A stretch of DNA of 64,000 nucleotides, taken from positions 7,778-71,777 of the forward strand of contig CAVXUF010000002.1 of the NCBI GenBank assembly GCA_963764975.1, written 5' to 3'. Source of the stretch: an uncultured Chloroflexia bacterium (GTDB taxonomy: Bacteria > Chloroflexota > Limnocylindria > Limnocylindrales > CSP1-4). The notes beneath the pieces are model-generated. The model made no database searches and was not told where the DNA came from. It saw nothing but the letters and a program-made list of their open reading frames with translations. Of the stretch, positions 10,547 through 21,537 are shown piece after piece (position 1 is the stretch's first letter; every line of letters starts with the position of its first letter). The position numbers and the translations under genes were made by a program.

Positions 10547-10683
10547 CGGGAACCACCACTCCCGGGAGTCCCGCACCGCCCCGCGGCGGCAGTCAGAACG
10601 ACCCGCAGCGTGGGCATGATGCTCCAACGGCGCGGTGGTGACAAGGCGTTCGCGCCCGCATTCCGCACCAGCGCGCACCCGCG

Positions 10684-10741
10684 GTATGCAGTCGACGGGC
10701 ATACGCGCAGGGAGCTCGCGCCGGCGCCGCAAAACGTGCAT
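10684..10741 (+). repeat. Intergenic palindromic repeat family A, copy 3
   Basis: GTATGCAGTCGACGGGCATAC-N31-GTGCAT; spacer very similar to copy 2 (CAGGGAnnTCGCGCCGGCGCCGC). Confidence 0.85.
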
Positions 10742-10820
10742 CGAGCGGACCGACCAGCCGCGCCGATGGCGACCTCGCCGTGCGCGGGCCCGCCGCCCGC
10801 CGCCCCAGTCGCGCCGCCTG

Positions 10821-12498
<1,678 letters not shown>

Positions 12499-12614
12499 GA
12501 CCCAAGGGTAGCGGCTCTCGCACCGGGGGGTCAAAACCGCAGAAATAGGGCTATCAACGCGCCCGAGAAGCGCATATGGTGCGCGTGAGGCAACCACTAT
12601 CGGAGGGTCGAGGG

Positions 12615-13283
12615 ATGCGTTCGTCACGTCGTCGTTTCCTGATCGCCGGGTTCGTCGCTGGGGCGCTGATCGTCGGCTCGGTGTCGACGGTCACCGCGGA
12701 TACGCCCGACCCCATCCTCCTGGTCCACGGGTACCGTGGCGATCCGTCCACGTGGGTTGACATGCAAGCCAGGTTCGCCGCCGTCGGCCGGACGGCCGAA
12801 GCGATCGACCTCACGAGCGAGGACAACGTCGTCAACGCGAACGCGATCAAGGCGTACATCGCCGCGAAGGGCTGGTCGAGCGTCGACATCGTCGCGCAGT
12901 CGATGGGCGGGCTGTCGGCTCGCCACTTCATCAAGTTCCTTGGTCCGACGGTCGTGGACTCGTATACCTCGCTCGGGACGCCCCAATACGGCATCTCGTC
13001 GGCGTGCCTCCTGCCGAACAGCTACGGCGGCCAGATGTGTCCGTCTCGGTCGTTCCTCAAGAATCTGAACAACGGCGACGACACCCTGGGCACCGTCTAC
13101 TGGACGACGATCTACAGCCGGACCGACGGCGTGGTGCCGACGTCCTCGTCCCGCCTTGATGGCGGCGCCTGCCACGTGTACGAGGACCCGGGCGTCAATC
13201 ACAACTCGATGGACAACGACGCCACGATTTTCCAGCACGTGCTGGCGGCGGTCGACAGGGTCTGCGTCGGAACGTTCAAGTAG
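12615..13283 (+). CDS. Secreted lipase/esterase (small alpha/beta hydrolase, Lipase_2-like)
   Basis: Signal peptide, PILLVHG, VDIVAQSMGG nucleophile elbow, SLGTPQYG, YSRTDGVV, VNH. Confidence 0.85.
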   Translation: MRSSRRRFLIAGFVAGALIVGSVSTVTADTPDPILLVHGYRGDPSTWVDMQARFAAVGRTAEAIDLTSEDNVVNANAIKAYIAAKGWSSVDIVAQSMGGLSARHFIKFLGPTVVDSYTSLGTPQYGISSACLLPNSYGGQMCPSRSFLKNLNNGDDTLGTVYWTTIYSRTDGVVPTSSSRLDGGACHVYEDPGVNHNSMDNDATIFQHVLAAVDRVCVGTFK

Positions 13284-13344
13284 GTCCGGCGGCGACTGGG
13301 GCGGGTCGCCGGCGCAGAATGGGCGCCCGTCCGAGGAGCCCACG

Positions 13345-13944
13345 ATGACCGACGAGCGCCACGAAGGCCACGATCACGGCGACGACCACGCCCACCACGA
13401 ACATCGCGCCTTAACCTACGAGGAGGCGGTCGCCGCGTTCCGCGAGGACAAGGACGAGTACTTCAAGACCGCCCCCGGCAGCCCGATCCCGGCGGCGGAG
13501 CGCGACGCCTTCACCGGTCTCGCCTACTACCCGGTCGGGGAGGCGTACTACTTCGAGGATCGAACCCTCGAGCCGTACATCGGCGACGAGCCGTCGCAGT
13601 TCCAGATCCCGACGTCGGACGGCAAGCTGCGGCCCGCGCATCGGGCCGGCGTCCTGCGGTTCGAGCTCGGTGGCGCCACGTCCCAGTTGACGGCCTACAC
13701 CTTCGATGGCGGCGACGGCGAATCGCTCTTCGTCCCGTTCCTCGACGGGACGAGCGGCACCGAGACCTACGGCGCCGGCCGCTACCTCGACCTCGAACCC
13801 GAGGAGGACGGGACCTACATCCTCGACTTCAATGTCGCGTACCACCCGTCGTGCGTCTACGACCCGATCTACTCGTGCCCGCTCACCCCGGCCGAGAATC
13901 GGCTCCCGTTCCGTGTCGAAGCGGGGGAGCGCCTCTCTGGCTGA
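13345..13944 (+). CDS. DUF1684 family protein with His-rich N-terminus
   Basis: FVPFLDGTSGTETYGAGRYLD, LDFNVAYHPSCVY...SCPLTPAENRL...VEAGE. Confidence 0.9.
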   Translation: MTDERHEGHDHGDDHAHHEHRALTYEEAVAAFREDKDEYFKTAPGSPIPAAERDAFTGLAYYPVGEAYYFEDRTLEPYIGDEPSQFQIPTSDGKLRPAHRAGVLRFELGGATSQLTAYTFDGGDGESLFVPFLDGTSGTETYGAGRYLDLEPEEDGTYILDFNVAYHPSCVYDPIYSCPLTPAENRLPFRVEAGERLSG

Positions 13945-14049
13945 GCGGTGCTCGTCCTCGTGAGGGTCGCCGTCGTCGCGTTGCCGGCGGGCACCCGCCA
14001 GTAGGACCGCCCGTAGACAACGGACAGGCACCTGCCTACCCTTCGCGAG

Positions 14050-16659
14050 ATGAGGGGGCCTGCCCGACGCTTCGCTCCGTTCGTGATCGCGTCCGCCTGG
14101 GTTCTCGCGGTGGCGGGGATCGCGGCTGCGGCGGGGATCGCGGCTGCGGCCACGGCTCCAGCTGCCCGCTGGGCGTTCGACGAGACGTCGGGCACGGTCG
14201 CCGACGACGCGGTCGGATCGCTCGATGGCTCCATCGTCGGTGCGACATCGGTCGCCGATGGGGTCGTCGGGCGGGCGCTGCACTTCGGCGGTTCGGACCG
14301 CGTGGTGGTCCCGGATTCCCCGCGCCTCCGAGGGTCGACGCTGTACCTGAGTCTGTGGGTCCGCTCGGATCCGGACGACCCGCCGAGCGACGGGCAGGTG
14401 ATCCTCGACAAGGGCGATGTTGCGTGTGATGCGAGCGGCGCAGGCTACGCGCTGGTCGTCGATGGCGATTACGTCGCCGTGGAGTATCTCGACCGGAACG
14501 TGAACATCCGGCGTACCCGAGCGGCCACCTCGCAGGACATCGCCCTGCCATCCCTATGGGACGGAGATTGGCACCACATCACCATCGGGTCCGACACCGG
14601 CGCGAACGGCGGTGGCTGGACCGGGTTCATAGTGGACGGCTGGTGGATCGGGACGGGGCCACCCGGGAACATGGACGGGATCGACTATGGCGTCTCGCCG
14701 ACCGATCCGCTGGTGATCGGTGGTACCGATGACGGTTGTGGTGCAGGGTTCGCCGGCGACATCGACAACGTTCGGCTCTTCGATCGGATCATCCAGATGA
14801 CGGACATCGTCGCGGACGAACCGGCGGTGCAGACGACGCTCGTGATCGACGAGGTCGCCCCGGCGACGGTCGGCGAGGGCTCGCCGATCTGGGTCACCCT
14901 CAGCCCGAAGCCCGCACGACCGGGGCGGTTCGCCACGTACTTCACCGCGGAGGATGGCATCGAGCGCGGGGGCCCTGGGCCGACACTGAACCTGTGGGAG
15001 CTGGATCCTGACGGTCGATACAACGCGGGGATCCTGCCGGATGCCGGCGGGCAAACGACGTTCCGCATCATCTACCTTCCGGACACAGGACCGTTTCTGT
15101 CGTCTACGGTGTCCGGCAGCCTCACGATCGCCAAGAAGGAGAGCCGGACCCGCATCGCGATGCAGGCGACGTACCTGTCAGGGGAAACCACGACGTTGTC
15201 CGTGATCGCCGACGTTGAGCGACCCGTCCAGGCCGCCGGGATCCTGGAACTGTACGAGCGGACGGACGAGGGCCTCGTCCTGGTCGGTCGCAAGCCCGCA
15301 GAGAACTACCAGAGTTACCGGTTCGGCTACGCGGACTTCACGCTCCCCCCGCGCGAGGCCGGGACCTATGCGTTCGAGGGCCGGTATCTGGGGTCCGCGA
15401 GCTACCTGCCGTCCTCGTCGGACGTGACGGAACTCGTCATCGAACCCGCGCTCGAACCCGGCGAGGTCGTGATCAATGGCGGGGATGCGATCACGGATAC
15501 GCCATACGTGACGGTCGCGGCACCGGCCGTCGGAGCCAACGCGCAGTGGATCTCGACGAACCTCGGCAACCCGAACCAGTTCTACACGATCCAGTATCAG
15601 CCCACATTCCCCGTGGTCCTTACCTCGACGGGTGACGACAACGATGGCGTACGGACGGTGTCGGTCAAGTGGGCCGATCTGTTGAACCGCTGGAGCGGCC
15701 TCCGTTCGGACACCATCATCCTGGACCGGGGACTCGAGACGGGGACCGTGGAGATCGAGGATGGCGCCGCGACCACGATCAAGGCCGTGGTTGCGGTCTC
15801 AGTAGCCGTCGATGATCCATCGAGGGTCCGATCGGTCGAGCTATCGAATGACGGCGAGTCATGGTCGGGTTTCGACTACGCGCCGGCCGTCGCGTGGGAA
15901 CTGAGGCCCGGCGACGGACAACGCACGGTGCACGTCAGGTGGCGTGACGCGCAAGGTCGTGGCTCCATGGTCAGGACCGACCGGATCGTCGTCGACCGCA
16001 CTGAGCCGGCCATGGGCCTTGTGTCGCTCAAGCTCGACGCCGGCGGCGTCCCGGGCGCGAGGCTGCCTGGCCGGGTCACGTGGTCGGCGCAGGATCCAGG
16101 AGACGTGGCCGAGTACCAGGTCCAGATGCGAACGGATGGTGGCCCGTGGGCCAGTCTGACCAAGGGCACGACGGCGACCTCCGTCGATCGGAGTCTGACT
16201 CCCGGTCGGTCATACGAGTTTCGGGTGCGGGCCATCGACGAGGCCGGCCACGTGAGTCCATGGCGGGTCAGCGCGGTTCGCCGCGCCGTCGGCTACCAGG
16301 AGACGAGTCCTCGACTGTCGTTCCACGGGCGATGGGCATCCAGCGTGAACAAGCTGTATTGGGGCGACGCCGTCCGGCGCGCCTCCACCGCAGGAAAGAC
16401 CACGTCGTTCCGCTTCACCGGTCGGGGGATCGGCTGGGTTGCGCCGGTCGGCCCGACACGGGGTTCGGCGCGCGTCTACATCGACGGCACCTACGTCGCC
16501 ACCGTCGACCTCCATGCGGCCACCAGCCGCCAGGCGCGCCTGGTGTTCACGCGCCATTGGAACTCGCGCGCGACCAGGACGATCGTGATCAAGGTGGTTG
16601 GTACGCCCGGGCGAAGCCGTGTGGACATCGATGGCTTCGTCGTGCTGAGTTCTCCGTAG
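14050..16659 (+). CDS. Large secreted multidomain protein (LamG/ConA-like + Ig-like + FN3 + C-terminal carbohydrate-binding-like domain)
   Basis: ARWAFDETSGTVADD, GDWHHI, FAGDIDNVRLFDR (LamG); YEFRVRAIDEAGHVSPW (FN3); FTGRGIGWV...GSARVYIDG. Confidence 0.8.
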   Translation: MRGPARRFAPFVIASAWVLAVAGIAAAAGIAAAATAPAARWAFDETSGTVADDAVGSLDGSIVGATSVADGVVGRALHFGGSDRVVVPDSPRLRGSTLYLSLWVRSDPDDPPSDGQVILDKGDVACDASGAGYALVVDGDYVAVEYLDRNVNIRRTRAATSQDIALPSLWDGDWHHITIGSDTGANGGGWTGFIVDGWWIGTGPPGNMDGIDYGVSPTDPLVIGGTDDGCGAGFAGDIDNVRLFDRIIQMTDIVADEPAVQTTLVIDEVAPATVGEGSPIWVTLSPKPARPGRFATYFTAEDGIERGGPGPTLNLWELDPDGRYNAGILPDAGGQTTFRIIYLPDTGPFLSSTVSGSLTIAKKESRTRIAMQATYLSGETTTLSVIADVERPVQAAGILELYERTDEGLVLVGRKPAENYQSYRFGYADFTLPPREAGTYAFEGRYLGSASYLPSSSDVTELVIEPALEPGEVVINGGDAITDTPYVTVAAPAVGANAQWISTNLGNPNQFYTIQYQPTFPVVLTSTGDDNDGVRTVSVKWADLLNRWSGLRSDTIILDRGLETGTVEIEDGAATTIKAVVAVSVAVDDPSRVRSVELSNDGESWSGFDYAPAVAWELRPGDGQRTVHVRWRDAQGRGSMVRTDRIVVDRTEPAMGLVSLKLDAGGVPGARLPGRVTWSAQDPGDVAEYQVQMRTDGGPWASLTKGTTATSVDRSLTPGRSYEFRVRAIDEAGHVSPWRVSAVRRAVGYQETSPRLSFHGRWASSVNKLYWGDAVRRASTAGKTTSFRFTGRGIGWVAPVGPTRGSARVYIDGTYVATVDLHAATSRQARLVFTRHWNSRATRTIVIKVVGTPGRSRVDIDGFVVLSSP

Positions 16660-16706
16660 AACGAGGCTGCATAGACAACTGCCACAGCCATGCATATCAT
16701 GGACGG

Positions 16707-16994
16707 ATGCGGAAGCATACGACCATCGACCTCGATCAGGACCTGGTCCGCGATGCGGGCGCCATTCTCGGCACGGATCGAATCACCGACACGATCCACG
16801 CCGCGCTCGACGACGTCGTTCGACGCCAGCGCCGCTTGACGCTCCTGGCCCTCGGGAGCGACCTCGACCTCGATGCGCTTGGCGGGATCCGAGCGCATCG
16901 GTTCGCCGAAACGCCCGCGTCGTACGGAGAAACCGAGTCGACACGCACGGCCACGCCAACGCGACGACCGGCGACCCGCCGCCGCTCGACGTGA
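16707..16994 (+). CDS. vapB: VapB antitoxin
   Basis: MRKHTTIDLDQDLVRDAGAILGT...TIHAAL; overlaps the PIN gene start (GTGA). Confidence 0.8.
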   Translation: MRKHTTIDLDQDLVRDAGAILGTDRITDTIHAALDDVVRRQRRLTLLALGSDLDLDALGGIRAHRFAETPASYGETESTRTATPTRRPATRRRST

Positions 16995-17403
16995 CCGCCC
17001 TGCTCGACACGAGCGCGCTCATCTTGGGTGTTCGCGATGAACGCGCGCGCGCCTGGTTCACCGAAGCCGTGGCCGCCGACGAGCTCGTGATCAGCGACAT
17101 CGTCACGCTTGAGTACCTGATGGGCGCCCAGAACGCCGATCACTACGACCGCCTCGAGCTGGCGCTCAGCGGGTTCCGTTCGATCGCCGCGGAACACACT
17201 GACTGGGAGCGGGCGCGCGACGTCCATCGGCGACTCGCGGCGCTCGGTCCGGGTCATCAGCGCAGCGTCCGGATCCCGGACCTGATCGTCGCTGCCGTCG
17301 CCGAGCGAGCCGCGATCGCGGTCGTCCACTACGACGAGGACTTCGACCGCATCGCCGCGATCACGGGCCAGGCGACCCACTGGACCTGCCGCGCAAGGCC
17401 TGA
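16991..17403 (+). CDS. vapC: VapC PIN-domain toxin (probable frameshift near 17385; the uncorrected ORF runs to 17596)
   Basis: LLDTSAL, IPDLIVAAVAE, VVHYDEDFDRIAAITGQ; a shifted frame gives a typical short end ...LPRKA* at 17403. Confidence 0.85.
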
Positions 17404-17508
17404 CCCGGTGCGGCCGCGCACGAAGCGGGAAACCGCCGGTCCACGGACCGCGTCTCCGAGCCATCGGCGACCACCTGTGTCGCCATCCCGGATGACACGG
17501 AGCCACCC

Positions 17509-18291
17509 ATGCCTCCCACGACCGTCACCCTTACCGTCCCCATGCCAGACTCACGGACCCGCTGGCTCGCGATCGGCCTCGCCGCCGGTCTCGTGATCGC
17601 GGCGATCGCCAGCCCCGCCTTCACCCCACGCGCCGCCCTCGCGGCAGGAGACACGATGCCCGAACACACGATCAGCGTCAGCGGCACCGGCCGCGTCGTC
17701 ATCACCCCCGACATCGCGGACCTGCGCCTCGGCGTGACGATCACCAAGTCCACCGTCAAGGCCGCCCGCGAAGCCAACGCCGCGGCGATGACCAAGGTGA
17801 TCGCCGCGCTCAAGGCACTCGGCATCGCCCCCGCCGACATCCAGACTAGCGGTCTGAGCCTCCAGCCGGTCTACGACTACAGCACGAATTCGAACCCGCC
17901 GAAGCTGACCGGGTACATGCTCTCGAACGGCGTCGCGGTCACGATCCGCGACCTGGACAAGATCGGCGACGCGGTCGACGACGGGCTGACGGCAGGTGCC
18001 ACCTCTCTCGACGGCGTCAGCTTCCGAGTCGAGGATCCGACCGCGGCTGAAGAGCAGGCTCGGAAGGCCGCGATGACGATGGCCAAGGCCCACGCCGACA
18101 CCCTGGCCGCGAGTGCCGGCGTCCGGATCTCGGGCGTCGCCTCGATCAGCGAGACCAGTGCCGGGACCCCGTTCCCGGTCTACTGGGGTGCTGAACGGGC
18201 CGCCGCCCTCACCGCGGACACGTCCACGCCGGTCGAAGTCGGGACGAACGAGGTCACGATCACGGTATCGGTGGTGTACGTCATCGACTGA
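17509..18291 (+). CDS. SIMPL (DUF541/YggE-like) domain protein
   Basis: TISVSGTGRVVITPDIADLRLGV, DIQTSGLSLQPVYDY, ARKAAM..AKAHADTLA. Confidence 0.92.
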   Translation: MPPTTVTLTVPMPDSRTRWLAIGLAAGLVIAAIASPAFTPRAALAAGDTMPEHTISVSGTGRVVITPDIADLRLGVTITKSTVKAAREANAAAMTKVIAALKALGIAPADIQTSGLSLQPVYDYSTNSNPPKLTGYMLSNGVAVTIRDLDKIGDAVDDGLTAGATSLDGVSFRVEDPTAAEEQARKAAMTMAKAHADTLAASAGVRISGVASISETSAGTPFPVYWGAERAAALTADTSTPVEVGTNEVTITVSVVYVID

Positions 18292-18403
18292 GACCGGCTG
18301 CCCGCGGCGCGGGCGGTGTCGATTCCGGTCGTGCCCGTTCGTCGTTCCTTCGACGGGTAGCCGAGGCGATCACGACTTCGGGCCCACCGCGAGGAGGCGA
18401 ACG

Positions 18404-18751
18404 ATGTCGGATGCACGGGTGATCCACTTCGAAGTCACGGGCAAGGATCAGAAGGCGCTCCAGGCCTACTACAGCGACCTGTTCGACTGGAAGCTCAACA
18501 CCGACTTCCCGGGTGGGTACGGCATGACGGACCCGGCCCAGACCGGCGTGGTCGTCGGCATCGGCGGCGCGCCGCAGGGCGACGGGTTCGTGACCGGCTA
18601 CGTCACGGTCGACGACATCGAAGCGACGCTCGCGAAGGCGATCGCGCTCGGCGGCTCGGTCGTCATGCCGAAATTCAGCCCGGACGGGACGGCGCAATTG
18701 GCCCTGGTGGCGGATCCGGAAGGGCACGTCCTGGGCCTGACCGAGAACTAG
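18404..18751 (+). CDS. VOC/glyoxalase family protein
   Basis: VIHFEV...YYSDLFDW...YVTVDDIEATLAKAIALGG...DPEGHVLGL; GAGGAGG SD. Confidence 0.9.
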   Translation: MSDARVIHFEVTGKDQKALQAYYSDLFDWKLNTDFPGGYGMTDPAQTGVVVGIGGAPQGDGFVTGYVTVDDIEATLAKAIALGGSVVMPKFSPDGTAQLALVADPEGHVLGLTEN

Positions 18752-18770
18752 ACCGCTCTTCGCCCTCCTT

Positions 18771-18801
18771 CGGACCGGCGGCGCCACGCGTCGCCGGTCC
18801 G
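18771..18801. terminator. GC-rich hairpin between convergent genes
   Basis: CGGACCGGCG...CGCCGGTCCG inverted repeat. Confidence 0.55.
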
Positions 18802-18806
18802 TCGAT

Positions 18807-20048
18807 TCAGCGGGGACGAAACCCGATCGGTCGACGATCCTCGTCGGGCCCGGTGCCCGGATCCACGATGTCGTCCGGGATCATGTCGCGCAGCTCGGTC
18901 ACGTCGATCGCCCCGTCCGCCACGGCCCGGGCCGCCATGTTCGCGTACGCCTGCTCGAAGATGGTCCGAACGAACCGGGCATTCCCGAAGTCCGGTCGGT
19001 CGATCGCGGCGCCGACGAGTCCGCGCACCCGCTCCTCGACTCCGGCACCCAGCGTGACCCCGGCCGATGTCGCGATCGCCGCGAAGATCTGGGCGAGTTC
19101 GGCCGCGGTGTAGTTCGCGAAGTGCACGTAGTGGGTGAACCGGCTCTGGAGCCCGGGGTTCGAGTCGATGAACCGTCGCATCTCGTCGTTGTAGCCCGCG
19201 GCGATGACCGCCAGGTCGGCGCGCTCCTCTTCCATCATCTGGACCAGCGTCGCGATGGCCTCATCGCCGAAGTCCACGAACCCGGGCGACGCCAGCGCGT
19301 ACGCCTCATCGATGAACAGCACGCCGCCGATCGCGCGGCGCACCACCGCCTGGACCTTCAGCGCGGTCTGCCCCACGTACCCGGCCACGAGGTCAGCCCG
19401 TCCGGCTTCGACGAGGTGACCCTTGCTCACGAGACCCACGACGGCATACAGCCGCGCGACGATCTTCGCTACGGTCGTCTTGCCGGTGCCCGGGTCGCCC
19501 GTGAAGACGAGGTGCTTGCTCGCGTTGACGACAGGGAGCCCGGCGCGCGCCCGTTCGTCGTTGAGCCGCTGAAGCGCGAGCAACCGCCGGATCGTCGCCT
19601 TGACCTCGGTCAGGCCGATCAGCGAATCGAGCTCGGCGAGCAGCGCCGCCTCGGTGTCGGTGCGGGTGGCTCCGTCCGGAGGGTTCGCCGAGATGGCGAC
19701 GGCGCCGGTCGCATCGATGACGGCGACCGCCGGCGTGCCGGCCGTCGGCGTCGGGCCGCCGATGCCGAGGTCCGTGGCCAGGGACCGCGCGAGGGCGATG
19801 GCGGTGTCTCGGGACGTGATGGTCTCGAGCGCGGTCGCGATCTCACCCGACAGGGTCGGGACGCCGTATGACGAACCGGCCGGGCCAAGCGCCGCTCGAA
19901 CGGCCTCGAGCGACAGGTCGGCCGGTGCATCGGCCCGCAGGGCGCGGAGCAGACCCCAGAGGAGGTGAGGCTTCTCGACCGTGGGGTGGGCGAGGGTCTT
20001 GGCGACCGCAACGGCCTCGTCCCGCGCATTCTCGCCGAGGGCGATCAC
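18807..20048 (-). CDS. CbbX/SpoVK/EccA-family AAA+ ATPase with an N-terminal Clp_N-like repeat
   Basis: HLVFTGDPGTGKTT, GGVLFIDEAY, NPGLQSRF, FGNARFVR; N-terminal AKTLAHPTVEKPHLLWGLL. Confidence 0.88.
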   Translation of the reverse strand: MIALGENARDEAVAVAKTLAHPTVEKPHLLWGLLRALRADAPADLSLEAVRAALGPAGSSYGVPTLSGEIATALETITSRDTAIALARSLATDLGIGGPTPTAGTPAVAVIDATGAVAISANPPDGATRTDTEAALLAELDSLIGLTEVKATIRRLLALQRLNDERARAGLPVVNASKHLVFTGDPGTGKTTVAKIVARLYAVVGLVSKGHLVEAGRADLVAGYVGQTALKVQAVVRRAIGGVLFIDEAYALASPGFVDFGDEAIATLVQMMEEERADLAVIAAGYNDEMRRFIDSNPGLQSRFTHYVHFANYTAAELAQIFAAIATSAGVTLGAGVEERVRGLVGAAIDRPDFGNARFVRTIFEQAYANMAARAVADGAIDVTELRDMIPDDIVDPGTGPDEDRRPIGFRPR

Positions 20049-20055
20049 CCTGGGA

Positions 20056-20502
20056 TCACTCGTCGTTGAACCGCTTGCCGCCGAACCTGTCGTGCACGAT
20101 GTCGTCGAGGGCGTCCGCACTGAAGAACAGCATCGCTACGGCGGTCTCGAGTTCCATCGGGTCGAGGAAGTCACCGAGGAGCGTGTGCTCGAAGGTGACG
20201 TTGCCCTGTTCACCGTCCTCATAGGGATAGACGTGGGCGCTGCCGAAGTACTTGTCCTGGCCCTCGGTCGCCACCCACTTGTAGAGCTCGGGGGTGAGCT
20301 TGACCTCGCGCGCCAGCGGGGCCCACATGTAGACGAGCGTCTGGGGCTCACCCTTCGAGTCCTTGCCCCAGTCGCGAACGTCCACGAGGACCTGGCTGCT
20401 GCCATGCGGCACCGCGAACCCGGTGTTGGTCAGTCGGACATCGGAGAAGGCGGCCGCGAGGAGCCGCTGGACCTTCTGCGAGGTCTGTTCGACGGTCGCC
20501 AC
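20056..20502 (-). CDS. YbjN/T3SS-chaperone-fold protein
   Basis: HGSSQVLVDV...APLAREVKLTPELYKWVA...FGS...EHTLLGDFLDPMELETAV...ADALDD...FGG; GGAGGGAG SD. Confidence 0.8.
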   Translation of the reverse strand: MATVEQTSQKVQRLLAAAFSDVRLTNTGFAVPHGSSQVLVDVRDWGKDSKGEPQTLVYMWAPLAREVKLTPELYKWVATEGQDKYFGSAHVYPYEDGEQGNVTFEHTLLGDFLDPMELETAVAMLFFSADALDDIVHDRFGGKRFNDE

Positions 20503-20512
20503 ACTCCCTCCG

Positions 20513-21073
20513 TCAGCCGTGGGTGCCGATGAGGACGATGAAGTCCACGCCGTCAGGTGCCGTTACCTGGGGATCGATGAGCACGCCGTCGAAGTCGAAT
20601 GAGACGTCCAACGACGCGAGACCGGGGGTCAGGGCGGGACACTCGAACGTGGTGGAGCTGGCTTCGACGGGCGCTTCCAGCTCGCCGCCCGACGCGACGA
20701 GCGTCACCGTCAAGGTGCCGCCGCCCGGCCCCGCGCACACGACGGCGACGGAGACGGTCGGACCGATGGTCGACAAGATCCTGACACCCGGCTCGTCACC
20801 GACGTTGGTGGCGCTTGACGCGAGCGTCCAGCCCGCGCCGAACACCGAGATGTCCAGGGGTGGGATCGTCGGTACCGGCGTCGGGATCGGGGTGGGCGTC
20901 GGAACGGGCGTGGGGGGCGCCGGCGAGGAGGTCCCGGACGGGGCGGGCGTGCCGTCGGTCGGGCCCGTCGACACGGTCGGACTCGTGTTCCCGCACGCGG
21001 ACAAGGCGAGCGCGATCGTCAGCGCGAGAACGGCGCGACGGGCGGGCGCGCTCTGCGAAATCCGGCGGTGCAT
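20513..21073 (-). CDS. Lipoprotein
   Basis: Lipobox LALSA-C, Pro/Thr linker, small domain with two Cys; TAGACT 7 nt upstream of ATG. Confidence 0.75.
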   Translation of the reverse strand: MHRRISQSAPARRAVLALTIALALSACGNTSPTVSTGPTDGTPAPSGTSSPAPPTPVPTPTPIPTPVPTIPPLDISVFGAGWTLASSATNVGDEPGVRILSTIGPTVSVAVVCAGPGGGTLTVTLVASGGELEAPVEASSTTFECPALTPGLASLDVSFDFDGVLIDPQVTAPDGVDFIVLIGTHG

Positions 21074-21117
21074 CGCGCGAAGTCTACGGTCCATCGAGGC
21101 TCGTCGGGTGACGGCTG

Positions 21118-21210
21118 CGTTCGGCGCCCGTCGATGCACGTTCGGCGCCCGTCGATGCACGTTCGGCGCCCGTCGATGCACGTTCGGCGCCCGTCGATGC
21201 ACCTTCGGCG
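21118..21210. repeat. 21-bp tandem repeat, 4 copies plus a partial
   Basis: CGTTCGGCGCCCGTCGATGCA x4 with no spacers. Confidence 0.95.
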
Positions 21211-21537
21211 TGCGGTTGAAGGCGCGCCAGGCGTCGCTTATGTCGTCGCCCGTGACACGGGAGACGGGCCGGCGGCCACGTCGGGCGGCCGCGGCAAGAT
21301 GGGGTCGCGCGGTCGGTCGGTCGTCGGGTCGATCGGATGCCGCGGGCTCGCGCGATTCCCACCCGACGGGTGACGACGTAGGCGACCTCCAGGGCGATGA
21401 CTCGGGCGCCCCAAAGGTGCATATCGGCGCTCCGGACGTGGCCGGCGCGTGAGCGCACATAGGACCAACGGGTCATGGCTCGCGCCCGGCCGCGACGCGC
21501 ACGATCGGGTCCGATCACCCTCCCGATGAGGAATCCG

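Noticed and set aside
18807-20048. RuBisCO activase CbbX or type VII EccA assignment
   Set aside because: No cbb or esx/ecc genes nearby and no TPR N-terminus; only a family-level call is supported.
21118-21210. Possible CRISPR array
   Set aside because: Repeats are contiguous with no spacers and there are no cas genes.
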